A DNA stretch of 64,000 nt from Parcubacteria bacterium C7867-008 (GCA_001189215.1 LFCR01000006.1:133354-197353), one strand, 5' to 3'; shown: positions 34,517 to 46,024, counted from the first letter of the stretch. Numbers and translations are program-made. The notes: generated by a model from the letters alone, not told the origin.

Positions 34517-36487
34517 TTAGACGCCAATAAGTACCGGGATAACCATCGGTGCCTTATTCGTACGATTGAATAGATAGCCACTCATAACATCCGTGAGATT
34601 GTTCTTCACGTAGTCGAGATCAACCGGATTCATACCATGAGTGGAATCTTCCACCGTCTTCTTGATAAGAAGACGAGCCTGATTCAAGAGATCCTGACTC
34701 TCACGAAGATAGACGAAGCCACGAGAAATGATATCGGGAGACTTGCGTAGCTTACCGGTCTTCAGGTTAACGGTCGCAATGATGACGAACATACCATCCT
34801 TAGCGAGTGCCTGACGATCACGAATAACAACCTCCTGCATGTCGCCGATAGCGAAGCCATCAACAATAAGAGGGGAGTTAGGAACTCGCTCTTTATGTAC
34901 ATCGAGCTTCACACCATCGATGATGTCGATCACCGTACCGTTATCTGCAAGAATAATAGAGTCGCGTGGACGTCCCGCTTGTTCAATTGCTTTAGCGTGC
35001 GACGCAGTCATAGAGTAGTAGCCGTACGCAGGCATAAAGAATGCAGCGTTTACCTTCTTGTTGATCCAGATGAGCTCACCCGTATTACCGTGACCCGTTG
35101 AGTGCACATCGCTTGAGCGATAGTGGATCAAGGTCACACCATTACGATAGAGATTATCCTTAAGTTTCTGCACAGCGATCTCGTTACCAGGAATAACTGA
35201 TGACGAAAGGACGATAGTGTCGCGAGGGTTGAGCTGGATATTCTTGTGCTGCTTGGTAGCGATACGCATAAGTGCTGCAAACTCCTCACCCTGCGCCCCG
35301 GTTGAAAGGATGACAATCTTATCTGCAGGATAATCACCGATTTCCTGTGCGGGAATGATGGTGTCCTTCTTAATATTGATGAGGTTGGTCTTCTGTGCGA
35401 TCTCAAGGTTTGTCTTGATAGAGCGACCTTCAGTTACCACCTTCTTACCAAGTTTTTCGCAGGTCTCAATGATGTGGATCATGCGTTCAAACTGAGACGC
35501 GAACGTACCGATTATAAGACGACCGTGTACATTCTTGATGATCTCTTCGAGGGTCTCATGCACTTTACGTTCAGGCATTGAGAAACCATCGCGCTCAGCA
35601 TTTGTTGAGTCTGCAATGAAGAAGAGGTTCTTCTGTGCAGCAAGCACACCCCAGGTCTTCTCTTCCTTTGCGGTTGGAATACCGTTGTCATGGTCAAGCT
35701 TAAGGTCTCCTGTTACCACTACGTTGCCGTATGGAGTCTCAACAGCGATACCCATTGAGTCTGGAATAGAGTGAGTAACCGCAAAGAACTGAACTTTCGT
35801 TGAGCCAATCGTTACTGTCTGACCTGCTTCCACAACTACTAGGTTCGGCTTGGGTACATCAGGGTATTCTTCCTGACGCTTCTGAATCATCACCGCAGTG
35901 AGGTTCTGTGTGTAGATCGGTGGGTTACCGAATCGGTTCATAAGGAATGGGATACCGCCGATGTGGTCGAGGTGACCGTGGGTGATGAATACTGCGCGCA
36001 CCCGGTCCGCATTCTTCTCGAGATATGCCGTGTTAGGGAGCATATAGTCCACACCCGGGTTTGAATCTTCAGAAACGAACTGGAAGCCAACATCGAAGAT
36101 AAAGATGTCGCCATTGGTTTCGACGCAGAACATGTTGCGTCCCACTTCCTCAACGCCACCCAGTGGAATCACTCGAACAACGTTCGATGCAGGAGCTGCA
36201 GGGAAGTAGTCGGCACCACGTTTTGGAGTGGTGTTAGGAGCTGGTCTGCGCATGCGCATCCGATCACGAGATGAACCGCGTCCACGGGGACCTGCTGATG
36301 ATGAACGACCACGAGGTCCTTCGCTGCGCGGTGTGCCTCCTTCAGGGCGTGGTCCACGTCCTTGACCTGGTGGGCCGCGACGTATAGGACGACGAGGTCC
36401 ACCCTCAGGACGAGGAGAGTGTGCTGGAGCTGCTGGACCATCGTGTGGAGTACGAGGTGCTGGAGCTGGAGCGGGTGCTGATGCCAT
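34517..36487 (-). CDS. rnj: ribonuclease J (metallo-beta-lactamase/beta-CASP) with N-terminal Pro/Arg/Gly-rich low-complexity extension
   Basis: Motif HGHLDHIGG, the beta-CASP region and an RNase J C-terminal domain. The first 90 aa or so are APAPAPAP/RGPRPEGG-type low complexity. Confidence 0.9.
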   Translation of the reverse strand: MASAPAPAPAPRTPHDGPAAPAHSPRPEGGPRRPIRRGPPGQGRGPRPEGGTPRSEGPRGRSSSAGPRGRGSSRDRMRMRRPAPNTTPKRGADYFPAAPASNVVRVIPLGGVEEVGRNMFCVETNGDIFIFDVGFQFVSEDSNPGVDYMLPNTAYLEKNADRVRAVFITHGHLDHIGGIPFLMNRFGNPPIYTQNLTAVMIQKRQEEYPDVPKPNLVVVEAGQTVTIGSTKVQFFAVTHSIPDSMGIAVETPYGNVVVTGDLKLDHDNGIPTAKEEKTWGVLAAQKNLFFIADSTNAERDGFSMPERKVHETLEEIIKNVHGRLIIGTFASQFERMIHIIETCEKLGKKVVTEGRSIKTNLEIAQKTNLINIKKDTIIPAQEIGDYPADKIVILSTGAQGEEFAALMRIATKQHKNIQLNPRDTIVLSSSVIPGNEIAVQKLKDNLYRNGVTLIHYRSSDVHSTGHGNTGELIWINKKVNAAFFMPAYGYYSMTASHAKAIEQAGRPRDSIILADNGTVIDIIDGVKLDVHKERVPNSPLIVDGFAIGDMQEVVIRDRQALAKDGMFVIIATVNLKTGKLRKSPDIISRGFVYLRESQDLLNQARLLIKKTVEDSTHGMNPVDLDYVKNNLTDVMSGYLFNRTNKAPMVIPVLIGV

Positions 36488-36568
36488 AATGAATTGAATT
36501 TAGAATAATGAATTTGATAAAAACAAACAGTGAGAAGTAGGTGACGCGTACGTCCAACCTACTACTTT

Positions 36569-38263
36569 CTATTTACTTTTAGCGAAGATCGGCCATACCA
36601 GTTCTGTGTTGCGATACCAGTGTGCAGCGTCATCGAAACGATCAGATGGTGCTGCTACCTCGGTGATGTGCACGCCATGCAGACCTGATGGAATGGTATA
36701 CACGAAGTCCGGCGTGTGCGTGAATGCTGCAGGATAATCGTTAGCAATCAGCATGTTCAAGGTAGCAAGATCGGTTGGGTCGGGAGTCTTCTCCTGACGA
36801 ATCTTTTCCAAGAGCGCGTCCACCTCCTTATCAGAGTAGTCTGCAATATTAAGACCAGGATTCGTACGTTCTGATGAACTCCAGAAGGCAAACAGATCTG
36901 GTGTACGGCCGATCACTTCTCCAAACAGAAGTGCACCATAGGCACGTGGTCTGATCACTTCCTGTGTTAGAGCACCGGCATCATGAAGTTCAATTGATAC
37001 GGGCACTCCCAATGCCTGCCAATCCTCCTGAACCTGTGTCGCAACTGCTTTCAGTTCCGGTACGTTTGATGTGGTTAGCGTTACGGCAAGCGTTGTGTCT
37101 CCCTTAGACCAACGCTGACTTGCCTCATCATACTTCCATTTGCCATCAGAGAGAATCTGACGAGCATCTGCTACACGAGTGTCCACAGAGGGAAGGGGAA
37201 TAGCAGTGACAGTAGCGCGTGGTGGTAGAGGGCCTGCAATGGCGGTTGCGTATCCACCGAATGATTCGTTCACGATCGCCTGACGATTAATTGCAACAGA
37301 AAGTGCCTTTCGAACACTAATGTCTGCAAATACAGGCTCTTCACTCGGGTTGAAGAAAACTCCAAACACACGACTATACGGTACCTTAATCGCTCGTCCT
37401 GACGCTACTCCATATGCGCTCTGCACCTCTCCTCTACGTACTGCATCATTTAGTTCACTTTGATCAGAGAAGAAGACAAAACGAATACTGCTCAAGTATG
37501 GACGACCAATAGCATATCCTTTAAACGCGGTTAGCTCGTATGAAGAAATTGAACCGTCCCCTTTACGACTCATATTCGAGACTTCAAAGGGTCCTGCACC
37601 AACGGGATTAATCTGGCGAGATGAGAACGGGAATTCTGCATTCGTCACATCTTTCCATATATGCGCAGGGAGAATACCCAGAGTCGTGTCTTCAAGGAAC
37701 GGAGCATACGCCTTTGGTAACGTAAATCGTACGGTACGTGCATCTACTGCTTCTGCACGAATGTTTGCCCAGTTAGCCAGCGCAGGACTGCGAAGTGCAG
37801 GATCCTGTGCTTTTGAAACCGTAAAAACTACGTCACTCGCGGTAACAGAAGTATTGTCCGAGAACTTAGCGTTCTGGCGCAGTATAAAGGTATACGTCTT
37901 TCCATCAGGAGAGATCTCATAGGACTCAGCAAGAACCGGTACCAATACACCATTTGCGTCATGACCCATAAGGCCTGCAAAGGTTAGCGCAGCAAGGTCA
38001 CGGTCTGTATCAGAAATGGCAAGGAGCGGATTAACAAAACGTGGTGTTCCCACAACACCTTCCGTAAACGAACCACCGTACGCTGGCTGTTCTATAAGAA
38101 AGCGCAGCTGAAATCCATACAGCGCAACAATAAGTGCGCATATGACGAGCCCACCCAGGATGCTCATGATGAGTCGGTCACCTGGGGGAAGGGTACGGAG
38201 ATAGCGTAAGGGAGACGGAAAAGTCATGGAAGCACAGATGCCGGTACGCGTTGCGTACCGCAC
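36569..38263 (-). CDS. ABC transporter substrate-binding protein, family 5 (oligopeptide/dipeptide-binding), membrane-anchored
   Basis: Length and architecture of the SBP_bac_5 family with an N-terminal TM anchor. The start may be the internal Met at about 38167. Confidence 0.7.
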   Translation of the reverse strand: MRYATRTGICASMTFPSPLRYLRTLPPGDRLIMSILGGLVICALIVALYGFQLRFLIEQPAYGGSFTEGVVGTPRFVNPLLAISDTDRDLAALTFAGLMGHDANGVLVPVLAESYEISPDGKTYTFILRQNAKFSDNTSVTASDVVFTVSKAQDPALRSPALANWANIRAEAVDARTVRFTLPKAYAPFLEDTTLGILPAHIWKDVTNAEFPFSSRQINPVGAGPFEVSNMSRKGDGSISSYELTAFKGYAIGRPYLSSIRFVFFSDQSELNDAVRRGEVQSAYGVASGRAIKVPYSRVFGVFFNPSEEPVFADISVRKALSVAINRQAIVNESFGGYATAIAGPLPPRATVTAIPLPSVDTRVADARQILSDGKWKYDEASQRWSKGDTTLAVTLTTSNVPELKAVATQVQEDWQALGVPVSIELHDAGALTQEVIRPRAYGALLFGEVIGRTPDLFAFWSSSERTNPGLNIADYSDKEVDALLEKIRQEKTPDPTDLATLNMLIANDYPAAFTHTPDFVYTIPSGLHGVHITEVAAPSDRFDDAAHWYRNTELVWPIFAKSK

Positions 38264-38266
38264 TCC

Positions 38267-38506
38267 TTATCCGATCAGGAATCCTGCTATAGCACTAGCT
38301 ACGAAGAGTACCGCGATCACAACGGTCGCGTTAAATAGGAACTTCTCCGCGCCACGGCGCTTATAGAATGTCGATGCGAAGTTGTCACCTCCGAATGCAC
38401 CCCCTAGACCAGCACCGCGCTGTTGAAGCACGATTCCGATGATAAGGAGGAGGGAGAGAACCAGCTCCGCGTATGGCAATATCGCCTTGAGTGTCTCCAT
38501 CTTCAT
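38267..38506 (-). CDS. secG: preprotein translocase subunit SecG
   Basis: 79 aa with two TM helices and the SecG glycine-rich loop QQRGAGLGGAFGG. Confidence 0.8.
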   Translation of the reverse strand: MKMETLKAILPYAELVLSLLLIIGIVLQQRGAGLGGAFGGDNFASTFYKRRGAEKFLFNATVVIAVLFVASAIAGFLIG

Positions 38507-38862
38507 TATTTCTTCGTGCGTCGCGGAAAGAAGTCCACGTTGCTACCGAATATGCCGAGCAGGGCGCCAGCGCAAGCGAACCACATGTAGAGGTTCTCGC
38601 GCAAGGCACCGTGATCGAGCATATCAGCGATGAAGACGGCCAGCAGTACGAGGCTGCCGAAGCTGAACAGGAGCCCGGTGGCGCTCTTGCGTTCGTGTAG
38701 CATCAACTTCAGGCTGAGCACAGAGTAGCAAAGAGCCATACCCATGACCAGCAAGGAAGCGATCCTGGTACTGATGGACAGCCCACCGATCGTGATTATG
38801 AACAGGACGACACCGCCGACGGCGCTCAGAAGGCCGATCCAGAAACAGATGGTACGAAACAT
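38506..38862 (-). CDS. hypothetical small membrane protein (higher-GC gene whose stop overlaps the secG start, TAATG)
   Basis: Four hydrophobic helices and GC3-rich codons. The likely start is MFRTICFW at 38862, with GGGAGA upstream. The stop TAA overlaps the ATG of secG. Confidence 0.45.
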   Translation of the reverse strand: MFRTICFWIGLLSAVGGVVLFIITIGGLSISTRIASLLVMGMALCYSVLSLKLMLHERKSATGLLFSFGSLVLLAVFIADMLDHGALRENLYMWFACAGALLGIFGSNVDFFPRRTKK

Positions 38863-39081
38863 GGCTTGGAATCTCCCGTGAGCCGTTTGTTTAACTGGAT
38901 ATATTATACTACACAAGTACTGTCTAAGTCAAGCAGTTTGACGCTATTTTTCTATTTCTGGTAAACTTGATGTAATTCCACTACCTGTGGATAACTTTTC
39001 GGCAGTGGGGAAGGCTCACACCGGAAAAGGCAAGAAACAAATCGTTACAAGCGTTCTTCATTTATCTAAGAGCGTATTTCT

Positions 39082-39384
39082 ATGGCTACATCAAAGGTCT
39101 CTATTTCACCGTTGGCAGATCGTGTCGTGGTTCAACCGTTCCCTAAGGAGGAGGTCTCTGCTTCCGGCATCATTATCCCGGACACGGCAAAACAAGATAA
39201 GCCTGAACGAGGTACGGTTGTTGCGGTTGGTCCCGGCAAGTATGACGGTGACGAACTCTCCCCTATGACCGTTAAGGTTGGTGACGTTGTACTGTTCTCT
39301 AAGTATGGCTTTACCGATATCAAGATTGATGGAAAGGATTATCTTATTCTTTCTGAATCAGATATCCTCGCAAAAATAGCCTAA
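39082..39384 (+). CDS. groES: co-chaperonin GroES
   Basis: The 100-aa ORF has PLADRVVVQP...ASGIIIPD and the mobile-loop pattern. Confidence 0.9.
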   Translation: MATSKVSISPLADRVVVQPFPKEEVSASGIIIPDTAKQDKPERGTVVAVGPGKYDGDELSPMTVKVGDVVLFSKYGFTDIKIDGKDYLILSESDILAKIA

Positions 39385-41067
<1,683 letters not shown>

Positions 41068-41147
41068 GCGACTTCACTTCCCTGCTACGCAAGATATAAA
41101 AATGAGACCCCGCGGATCCAATGGATCGGCGGGGTTCTCGTTTGGCT

Positions 41148-41432
41148 CTAGTGGTCACAGCACACAGCATCCTGAGGATCTTCCGAATCAACCTCATGGC
41201 AGATGAACCGTGATGGTCTCGCGTTCGGCATCTGTAGCGGTAATTCCCTATGTACTGCTTCTTTTTGCCGAGCTTCACGAGTCTCACGACGTACATGGAG
41301 CACGTAGAGTACCGAACAGATATCTATGGGCAGGGATACCAAGAATGCATCCCCAAGTGCTGTTAATGCGATTTCTAGCATGGGACACCTCTCAGTCTTT
41401 TTGCACAGTACGCCAAACATGTGGTTTTGCAA
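41148..41432 (-). CDS. hypothetical small protein (doubtful)
   Basis: ORF-track call in a moderately GC-rich spacer between groEL and lemA. It has a possible N-terminal TM segment (MLEIALTALGDAFLVSLPIDI) and no clear RBS. Confidence 0.2.
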   Translation of the reverse strand: MQNHMFGVLCKKTERCPMLEIALTALGDAFLVSLPIDICSVLYVLHVRRETREARQKEAVHRELPLQMPNARPSRFICHEVDSEDPQDAVCCDH

Positions 41433-41486
41433 CTATTGAGCACTTTTGGCAATGGAGTATACTTAGTACATAACCCAAGACTTACT

Positions 41487-42047
41487 ATGATGACTCTATA
41501 CATTGTGCTCGGTGTTGTTGCACTTATCGTGCTTTGGGCAATCTTTGCCTTCAATGGTTTTGTCGCACGTATTAACCGCACTAAGGAAGCATGGGCAGAT
41601 ATCGATGTGCAGCTTAAGCGTCGTTATGACCTCATTCCTAACCTTGTTGAGACGGTGAAGGGATACGCAGCACATGAATCATCTGCATTCGAGAATGTAA
41701 CCAAGGCACGTGCTGCTGCTATGGGCGCTACTGACCCAACAGCAAAGGCTCAGGCTGAGAATATGCTTTCTGGCACACTCAAGAGCCTCTTTGCAGTCTC
41801 TGAGGCATACCCAGAACTTAAGGCAAATGAGAACTTCATTCACCTTCAGAAGGAGCTTAGTGACACTGAAGATAAGATCCAGGCCGCTCGTCGCTTCTAC
41901 AACAGCAACGTACAGGATCTCAACACCGCAGTGGAATCTTTCCCAAACAATGTCATCGCATCTTCATTCAACTTCAAGAAAATGGATCTGTTCCAGCTCA
42001 CTGAGGCAGAAGGTGCCGCACGTGAACCAGTTAAAGTTGGTTTCTAA
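41487..42047 (+). CDS. lemA: LemA family protein
   Basis: N-terminal TM helix and conserved LemA blocks (RINRTKEAWADIDVQLKRRYDLIPNLVETVKGYAAHE ... RRFYNSNVQDLNT). Confidence 0.8.
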   Translation: MMTLYIVLGVVALIVLWAIFAFNGFVARINRTKEAWADIDVQLKRRYDLIPNLVETVKGYAAHESSAFENVTKARAAAMGATDPTAKAQAENMLSGTLKSLFAVSEAYPELKANENFIHLQKELSDTEDKIQAARRFYNSNVQDLNTAVESFPNNVIASSFNFKKMDLFQLTEAEGAAREPVKVGF

Positions 42048-42080
42048 TTGAAATTAGTGGGTTCGTAAGGCCCAATCTCT

Positions 42081-42974
42081 ATGGCAACGCTCTATCAAGA
42101 ACGATCTAATAACGTGTGGCGTACAGTATTTCTAATGTCTGTATTCCTCATAATTGTTATCGCTATCGGCTACTTCATTGGTTGGTACTTTGACTCCCCT
42201 GGAATCCTCTATATAGCGGTGGGCTTTGCTGTGGTCATGAACTTCTGGAGCTACTGGTTCTCGGACAAGACTGTACTTGCTCTCACTGGTGCACGTCCCG
42301 CCACCCGTGAAGAATTCTTTGATCTGTATACTGTCACGGAAAATCTATCTATCGCAGCAGGTATCCCTATGCCTAAGCTGTATGTTCTTGATGATCCCGC
42401 ACCAAACGCCTTCGCTACCGGACGTAACGAAAAGCATGCTGTTGTGTGTGCAACCACCGGTCTTCTCTCTATGATGACGCGACCTGAACTTGAAGGAGTT
42501 ATTGGTCATGAACTCTCACACATAAAAAATCGAGACATTCTTGTCATGACCGTTGCCGTGGTGCTCGCAGGATTCCTTGCGATAATCTCAGACATGTTTA
42601 TCCGCATGTCCTTCTGGGGTGGTCGGGATAGCGATAATGAACGAGCAAACATCATTTTTATGGTCGTTGGATTAGTGGCAGTCATTCTCGCACCTATTGC
42701 TGCACAACTAATTCAGATGGCTATTTCACGTCGCCGTGAATATCTTGCAGATACCTCAGGTGCTCTCCTTACGCGGTATCCAGAAGGCCTTGCCTCTGCC
42801 CTAGGAAAGATCGGTAGCTATAGCCAACCAATGCGTCACGCCTCGCATGCAACCGCACATCTTTTCATTGGAGATCCGTTCGGTGTGAAGGCAGGAAACT
42901 GGATTAACAATCTCTTTGCAACACACCCTCCGGTTGAAGAGCGAATCAAGCGTCTGCTCGGTCAGGAGTCATAA
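42081..42974 (+). CDS. htpX: zinc metalloprotease HtpX (M48 family)
   Basis: HELSHIKNRD zinc-binding motif, four TM helices and HtpX-length architecture. Confidence 0.85.
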   Translation: MATLYQERSNNVWRTVFLMSVFLIIVIAIGYFIGWYFDSPGILYIAVGFAVVMNFWSYWFSDKTVLALTGARPATREEFFDLYTVTENLSIAAGIPMPKLYVLDDPAPNAFATGRNEKHAVVCATTGLLSMMTRPELEGVIGHELSHIKNRDILVMTVAVVLAGFLAIISDMFIRMSFWGGRDSDNERANIIFMVVGLVAVILAPIAAQLIQMAISRRREYLADTSGALLTRYPEGLASALGKIGSYSQPMRHASHATAHLFIGDPFGVKAGNWINNLFATHPPVEERIKRLLGQES

Positions 42975-42995
42975 TCGTGTTATAAAAGGCCCACT

Positions 42996-43082
42996 GGAGG
43001 CGTCGCATAGCGGTCTAGTGCACCACCTTGGAAAGGTGGCAGGCTCGAAAGGGTCTCGAGAGTTCGAATCTCTCCGCCTCCG
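42996..43082 (+). tRNA. tRNA-Ser (anticodon GGA), class II with long variable arm
   Basis: Acceptor GGAGGCG/CGCCTCC, anticodon stem CCACC/GGTGG with loop TTGGAAA, long variable arm, and T-arm GAGAG-TTCGAAT-CTCTC. CCA is not encoded. Confidence 0.8.
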
Positions 43083-43168
43083 CTACATATCTTGCTGGTT
43101 CTATTGTTATCCGTTGAATTACCTTTATTCATGAAGAGATAGGGGTATACTTTTGTCATACACCACAT

Positions 43169-45025
43169 ATGGCACTACGCGAAACACTGAACGCAACAAA
43201 AGCTGCAAAAGAGGCAGCAAAAGCACAGGCAGAATTATCTGTCGCTGAACAAGAGAAAGCACAACTTAAAGAACAGTTTGATGCACTTATCACCAAACGA
43301 GCTGCATTAGCAGAAATTAAGAAGGTGGCTGCAGACGCGTATAGTGCATTGAGTGAGAAGGCACCTAAGGCAAGAGGTGCGCTCAAGGAACTTCGATCGA
43401 TCCATAAAGAATCAGTGGATGAAGATACTGGGGAAGCAGCGATACCAAAGGCATCAGAACTAATTAGAAGTGAAGAATACCAGGATGAAGAGGAGGTTGT
43501 GGCGTATAAGGATGCGCGAGAAGAATTTAGACTATCTGTAAAAGGAGTACGAGAGGTACGAAAGCAACTTAAGGAACTTGGTATTGATGACGCCGATTCT
43601 CTCCTACCAGGTCAGCTTGAAAGTGTCCTTGAAGAGACCGACAGGGATATTGATGCTCAGACACGCGCATTTGTACTGGAACATCCGGACGTAGATCCAG
43701 AAATGAGTGCAAGGGTTCGAGCAGAAGTGGTGGCTGATATAGCAAATCGAACCGGCCGAGCTCTTGATAGAGAGCATTACTTTACAGATACATTTAAGCC
43801 GCAGCAAGCTTTTGGTAATTCGTACGTAAAGCACGGTAGGCTTGAGAACGCTGTTCGCGAAGGAATAGTTGCTTTGAATTCTGATAGAGAAACGAGACAA
43901 AGCACTATTAAGAGATTGAGAGAACTATATCCTGATGCAGAAGGTATCTCTGAATTCGATACAGAAGCATTAGAACTCTCTCTTGCACGCCAAATTGTTT
44001 CAGGGTATGCAGCTCCGCGTAAAGACTATTACGAAACTGGAACGTGGCTTGCTAGGAAATACAACGAGGGTAAAGAAGATGGAAAGGAAAATGCAGATTC
44101 AGATGAGACTTCAGCAGTTGAAAGTCTAATACAAGAGGCAGTTGCTACGGGGATGTTCCGTCCTGTAGCAGAAAGCTACATCCAAGACTACAAGGCACTA
44201 CGTGAGTATGAAGGGCTCCCGGAGCAAATACGAATTGCCCAGAGTACTCTTACTGAAGCTGAAGAAGCAAACCGGAATGATGAAAGAGTATTGCGTGAAA
44301 CGCAGGATCAACGACCACGATACAGTCGTGAGGCGGTGCTAAAGACTCAGGGGTTGGCTAGAGATCTCCTGACACTTCTCCCAGCACTACGTACTGAGCT
44401 TGGTGAAGGAAAGAATGAAGTTATAAGTGTCAAGAGATCAGGAGATCGTCTCGTATTTAGAGTGGCCCCTCCGTTTGCAACAGGTAGATTAGAGGAAAAT
44501 AACAGAGAAGAAGCGCGAGAAATCAAAGGAATTGAAGAGAGGATATTAAGCACAATGAGGGAGAAAATTAGCTTCGATCCTTTTGGTAAAAAAAGCAAGG
44601 ATAAACAGGATCGTATCTCGGCTCTAGATGAACAAAAGAAAAGTAGACAAGATGCGCTAGACATAAGTGAACGCGAGGTTCGTCGTACGAAAGAGGATGC
44701 TGCAGAGATACAACGTCGCTTGGAATGGAGGCTTGAGCCGTATATGTCGTCACAATTCCTTTCTGAAACTTCTTCAGGAGGAAGTGTTGCACAGCTGTTG
44801 AATGGCCTGAATGAAGCAGCGCACCGCAGGCACCAGCAAGCAGAAACAGCCCTTGAAGAACTGAAGCAAGAGGCTGAACAAAGAACAGCCACCTTCACTG
44901 AAGTCTCAGAACGCATTGCTGGCTTCTCAAATACAAAAACTGAACTTCGTGGCGCGGTCGCAGACGCAGAACGTAGAAAGGAAGAGCTGGAACGTCGTCT
45001 AAAGCAAGCTGGCTACCTTAATTAG
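43169..45025 (+). CDS. large hypothetical coiled-coil protein (orphan), adjacent to tRNA-Ser
   Basis: 618-aa ORF, wholly hydrophilic, rich in E/K/R/A/L heptad-like segments, with no TM helix and no enzymatic motif recognised. Slightly AT-richer than its flanks. Confidence 0.5.
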   Translation: MALRETLNATKAAKEAAKAQAELSVAEQEKAQLKEQFDALITKRAALAEIKKVAADAYSALSEKAPKARGALKELRSIHKESVDEDTGEAAIPKASELIRSEEYQDEEEVVAYKDAREEFRLSVKGVREVRKQLKELGIDDADSLLPGQLESVLEETDRDIDAQTRAFVLEHPDVDPEMSARVRAEVVADIANRTGRALDREHYFTDTFKPQQAFGNSYVKHGRLENAVREGIVALNSDRETRQSTIKRLRELYPDAEGISEFDTEALELSLARQIVSGYAAPRKDYYETGTWLARKYNEGKEDGKENADSDETSAVESLIQEAVATGMFRPVAESYIQDYKALREYEGLPEQIRIAQSTLTEAEEANRNDERVLRETQDQRPRYSREAVLKTQGLARDLLTLLPALRTELGEGKNEVISVKRSGDRLVFRVAPPFATGRLEENNREEAREIKGIEERILSTMREKISFDPFGKKSKDKQDRISALDEQKKSRQDALDISEREVRRTKEDAAEIQRRLEWRLEPYMSSQFLSETSSGGSVAQLLNGLNEAAHRRHQQAETALEELKQEAEQRTATFTEVSERIAGFSNTKTELRGAVADAERRKEELERRLKQAGYLN

Positions 45026-45038
45026 AGCTAGGTCTATA

Positions 45039-45374
45039 TCATCTACCTTTTGGTTTCCACTGACTAACTGCAAGATCAACCGTCGTTCCGTTTAGTTTAA
45101 AAGAAACTCCCTCCTTCTGGAGGAGTTTCTTTTTAGTAGAGAGACCCTCACCATAGGCATACCCAGCAAGCGTACCGTTCGACGCAACCACACGATGACA
45201 GGGAACGGTCTTGGTATCTTTGTTACTGCTCATGCAGGTACCAACCGCGCGTGCCGCACCCGGTCTTCCCGCAAGCGCAGCAACCTGTCCGTAGGTTGCA
45301 ACGCATCCTTTTGGAATACTTGAGACCACAGCATATACCGTGCTCTGAAAGTTAGTCTTTGGCGTGTTCTTCAT
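45039..45374 (-). CDS. ogt: methylated-DNA-protein-cysteine methyltransferase (Ogt/MGMT)
   Basis: PCHRVV active-site motif (VPCHRVVASNGTLAGYAYG). The likely start is MKNTPK at about 45374. Confidence 0.75.
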   Translation of the reverse strand: MKNTPKTNFQSTVYAVVSSIPKGCVATYGQVAALAGRPGAARAVGTCMSSNKDTKTVPCHRVVASNGTLAGYAYGEGLSTKKKLLQKEGVSFKLNGTTVDLAVSQWKPKGR

Positions 45375-45409
45375 AGTAGGCAGTATAGCAAAGCTGCTAT
45401 TATAACTGC

Positions 45410-45916
45410 ATGTATAACGGGGTAGACGTACCGCATAAAAGACAATATGTCCGATACGGTATTGCAGGTATTGTTGGTCTAATATTGATCGGCGGATGGC
45501 TCTGGTACGCCCGTCCATTCATGTCCGATAGCCGTTTATCTGTCTTCCCCACTTCGATAACAACTCCTGAAAGTCCTATCTCTTTTGAGATTGTTACTAC
45601 TCATAAGGATCAAGAGAAGGGGCTAAGCGGAAGAAAGAATATAAAGCCTGATTACGCTATGCTCTTCGTGTTTGATAAAAATGACACCTACGGTATTTGG
45701 ATGAAAGGCATGCTTGTTCCGATTGATATCCTCTGGCTATCGGACAATGGGACCATCATCACGCTTGAGCATAATGTCGAACCATCTTCGTACCCGCATG
45801 TCTTTTATCCTGATACACCGGCTCGGTATGTTGTTGAGATGCGCGCAGGACAAGCAGCGGCACGCGGGTGGTCGGTAGGAACGAAAGTGCATCTGCCCTT
45901 GCCATACGGGAAATAA
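45410..45916 (+). CDS. DUF192 domain protein (COG1430)
   Basis: N-terminal TM helix plus conserved DUF192 blocks (MLFVFDKNDTYGIWMKGMLVPIDILWLSDNG...ARYVVEM). Confidence 0.6.
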   Translation: MYNGVDVPHKRQYVRYGIAGIVGLILIGGWLWYARPFMSDSRLSVFPTSITTPESPISFEIVTTHKDQEKGLSGRKNIKPDYAMLFVFDKNDTYGIWMKGMLVPIDILWLSDNGTIITLEHNVEPSSYPHVFYPDTPARYVVEMRAGQAAARGWSVGTKVHLPLPYGK

Positions 45917-46024
45917 ATCCTCGAGTGCGGTGTCCACAGTATGATTCGATGAAGCGGCGGTACAATTCATGTACGTCGACACCATCCTCGTTCTTCGGCG
46001 CCTATTATCTCTTATTCAAACCCT

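Noticed and set aside
44347-44916. 189-aa minus-strand ORF inside the coiled-coil protein gene
   Set aside because: It is antisense to the long plus-strand ORF. It is Ser/Leu/Arg-rich, which is typical of the antisense of E/K-rich coding sequence.
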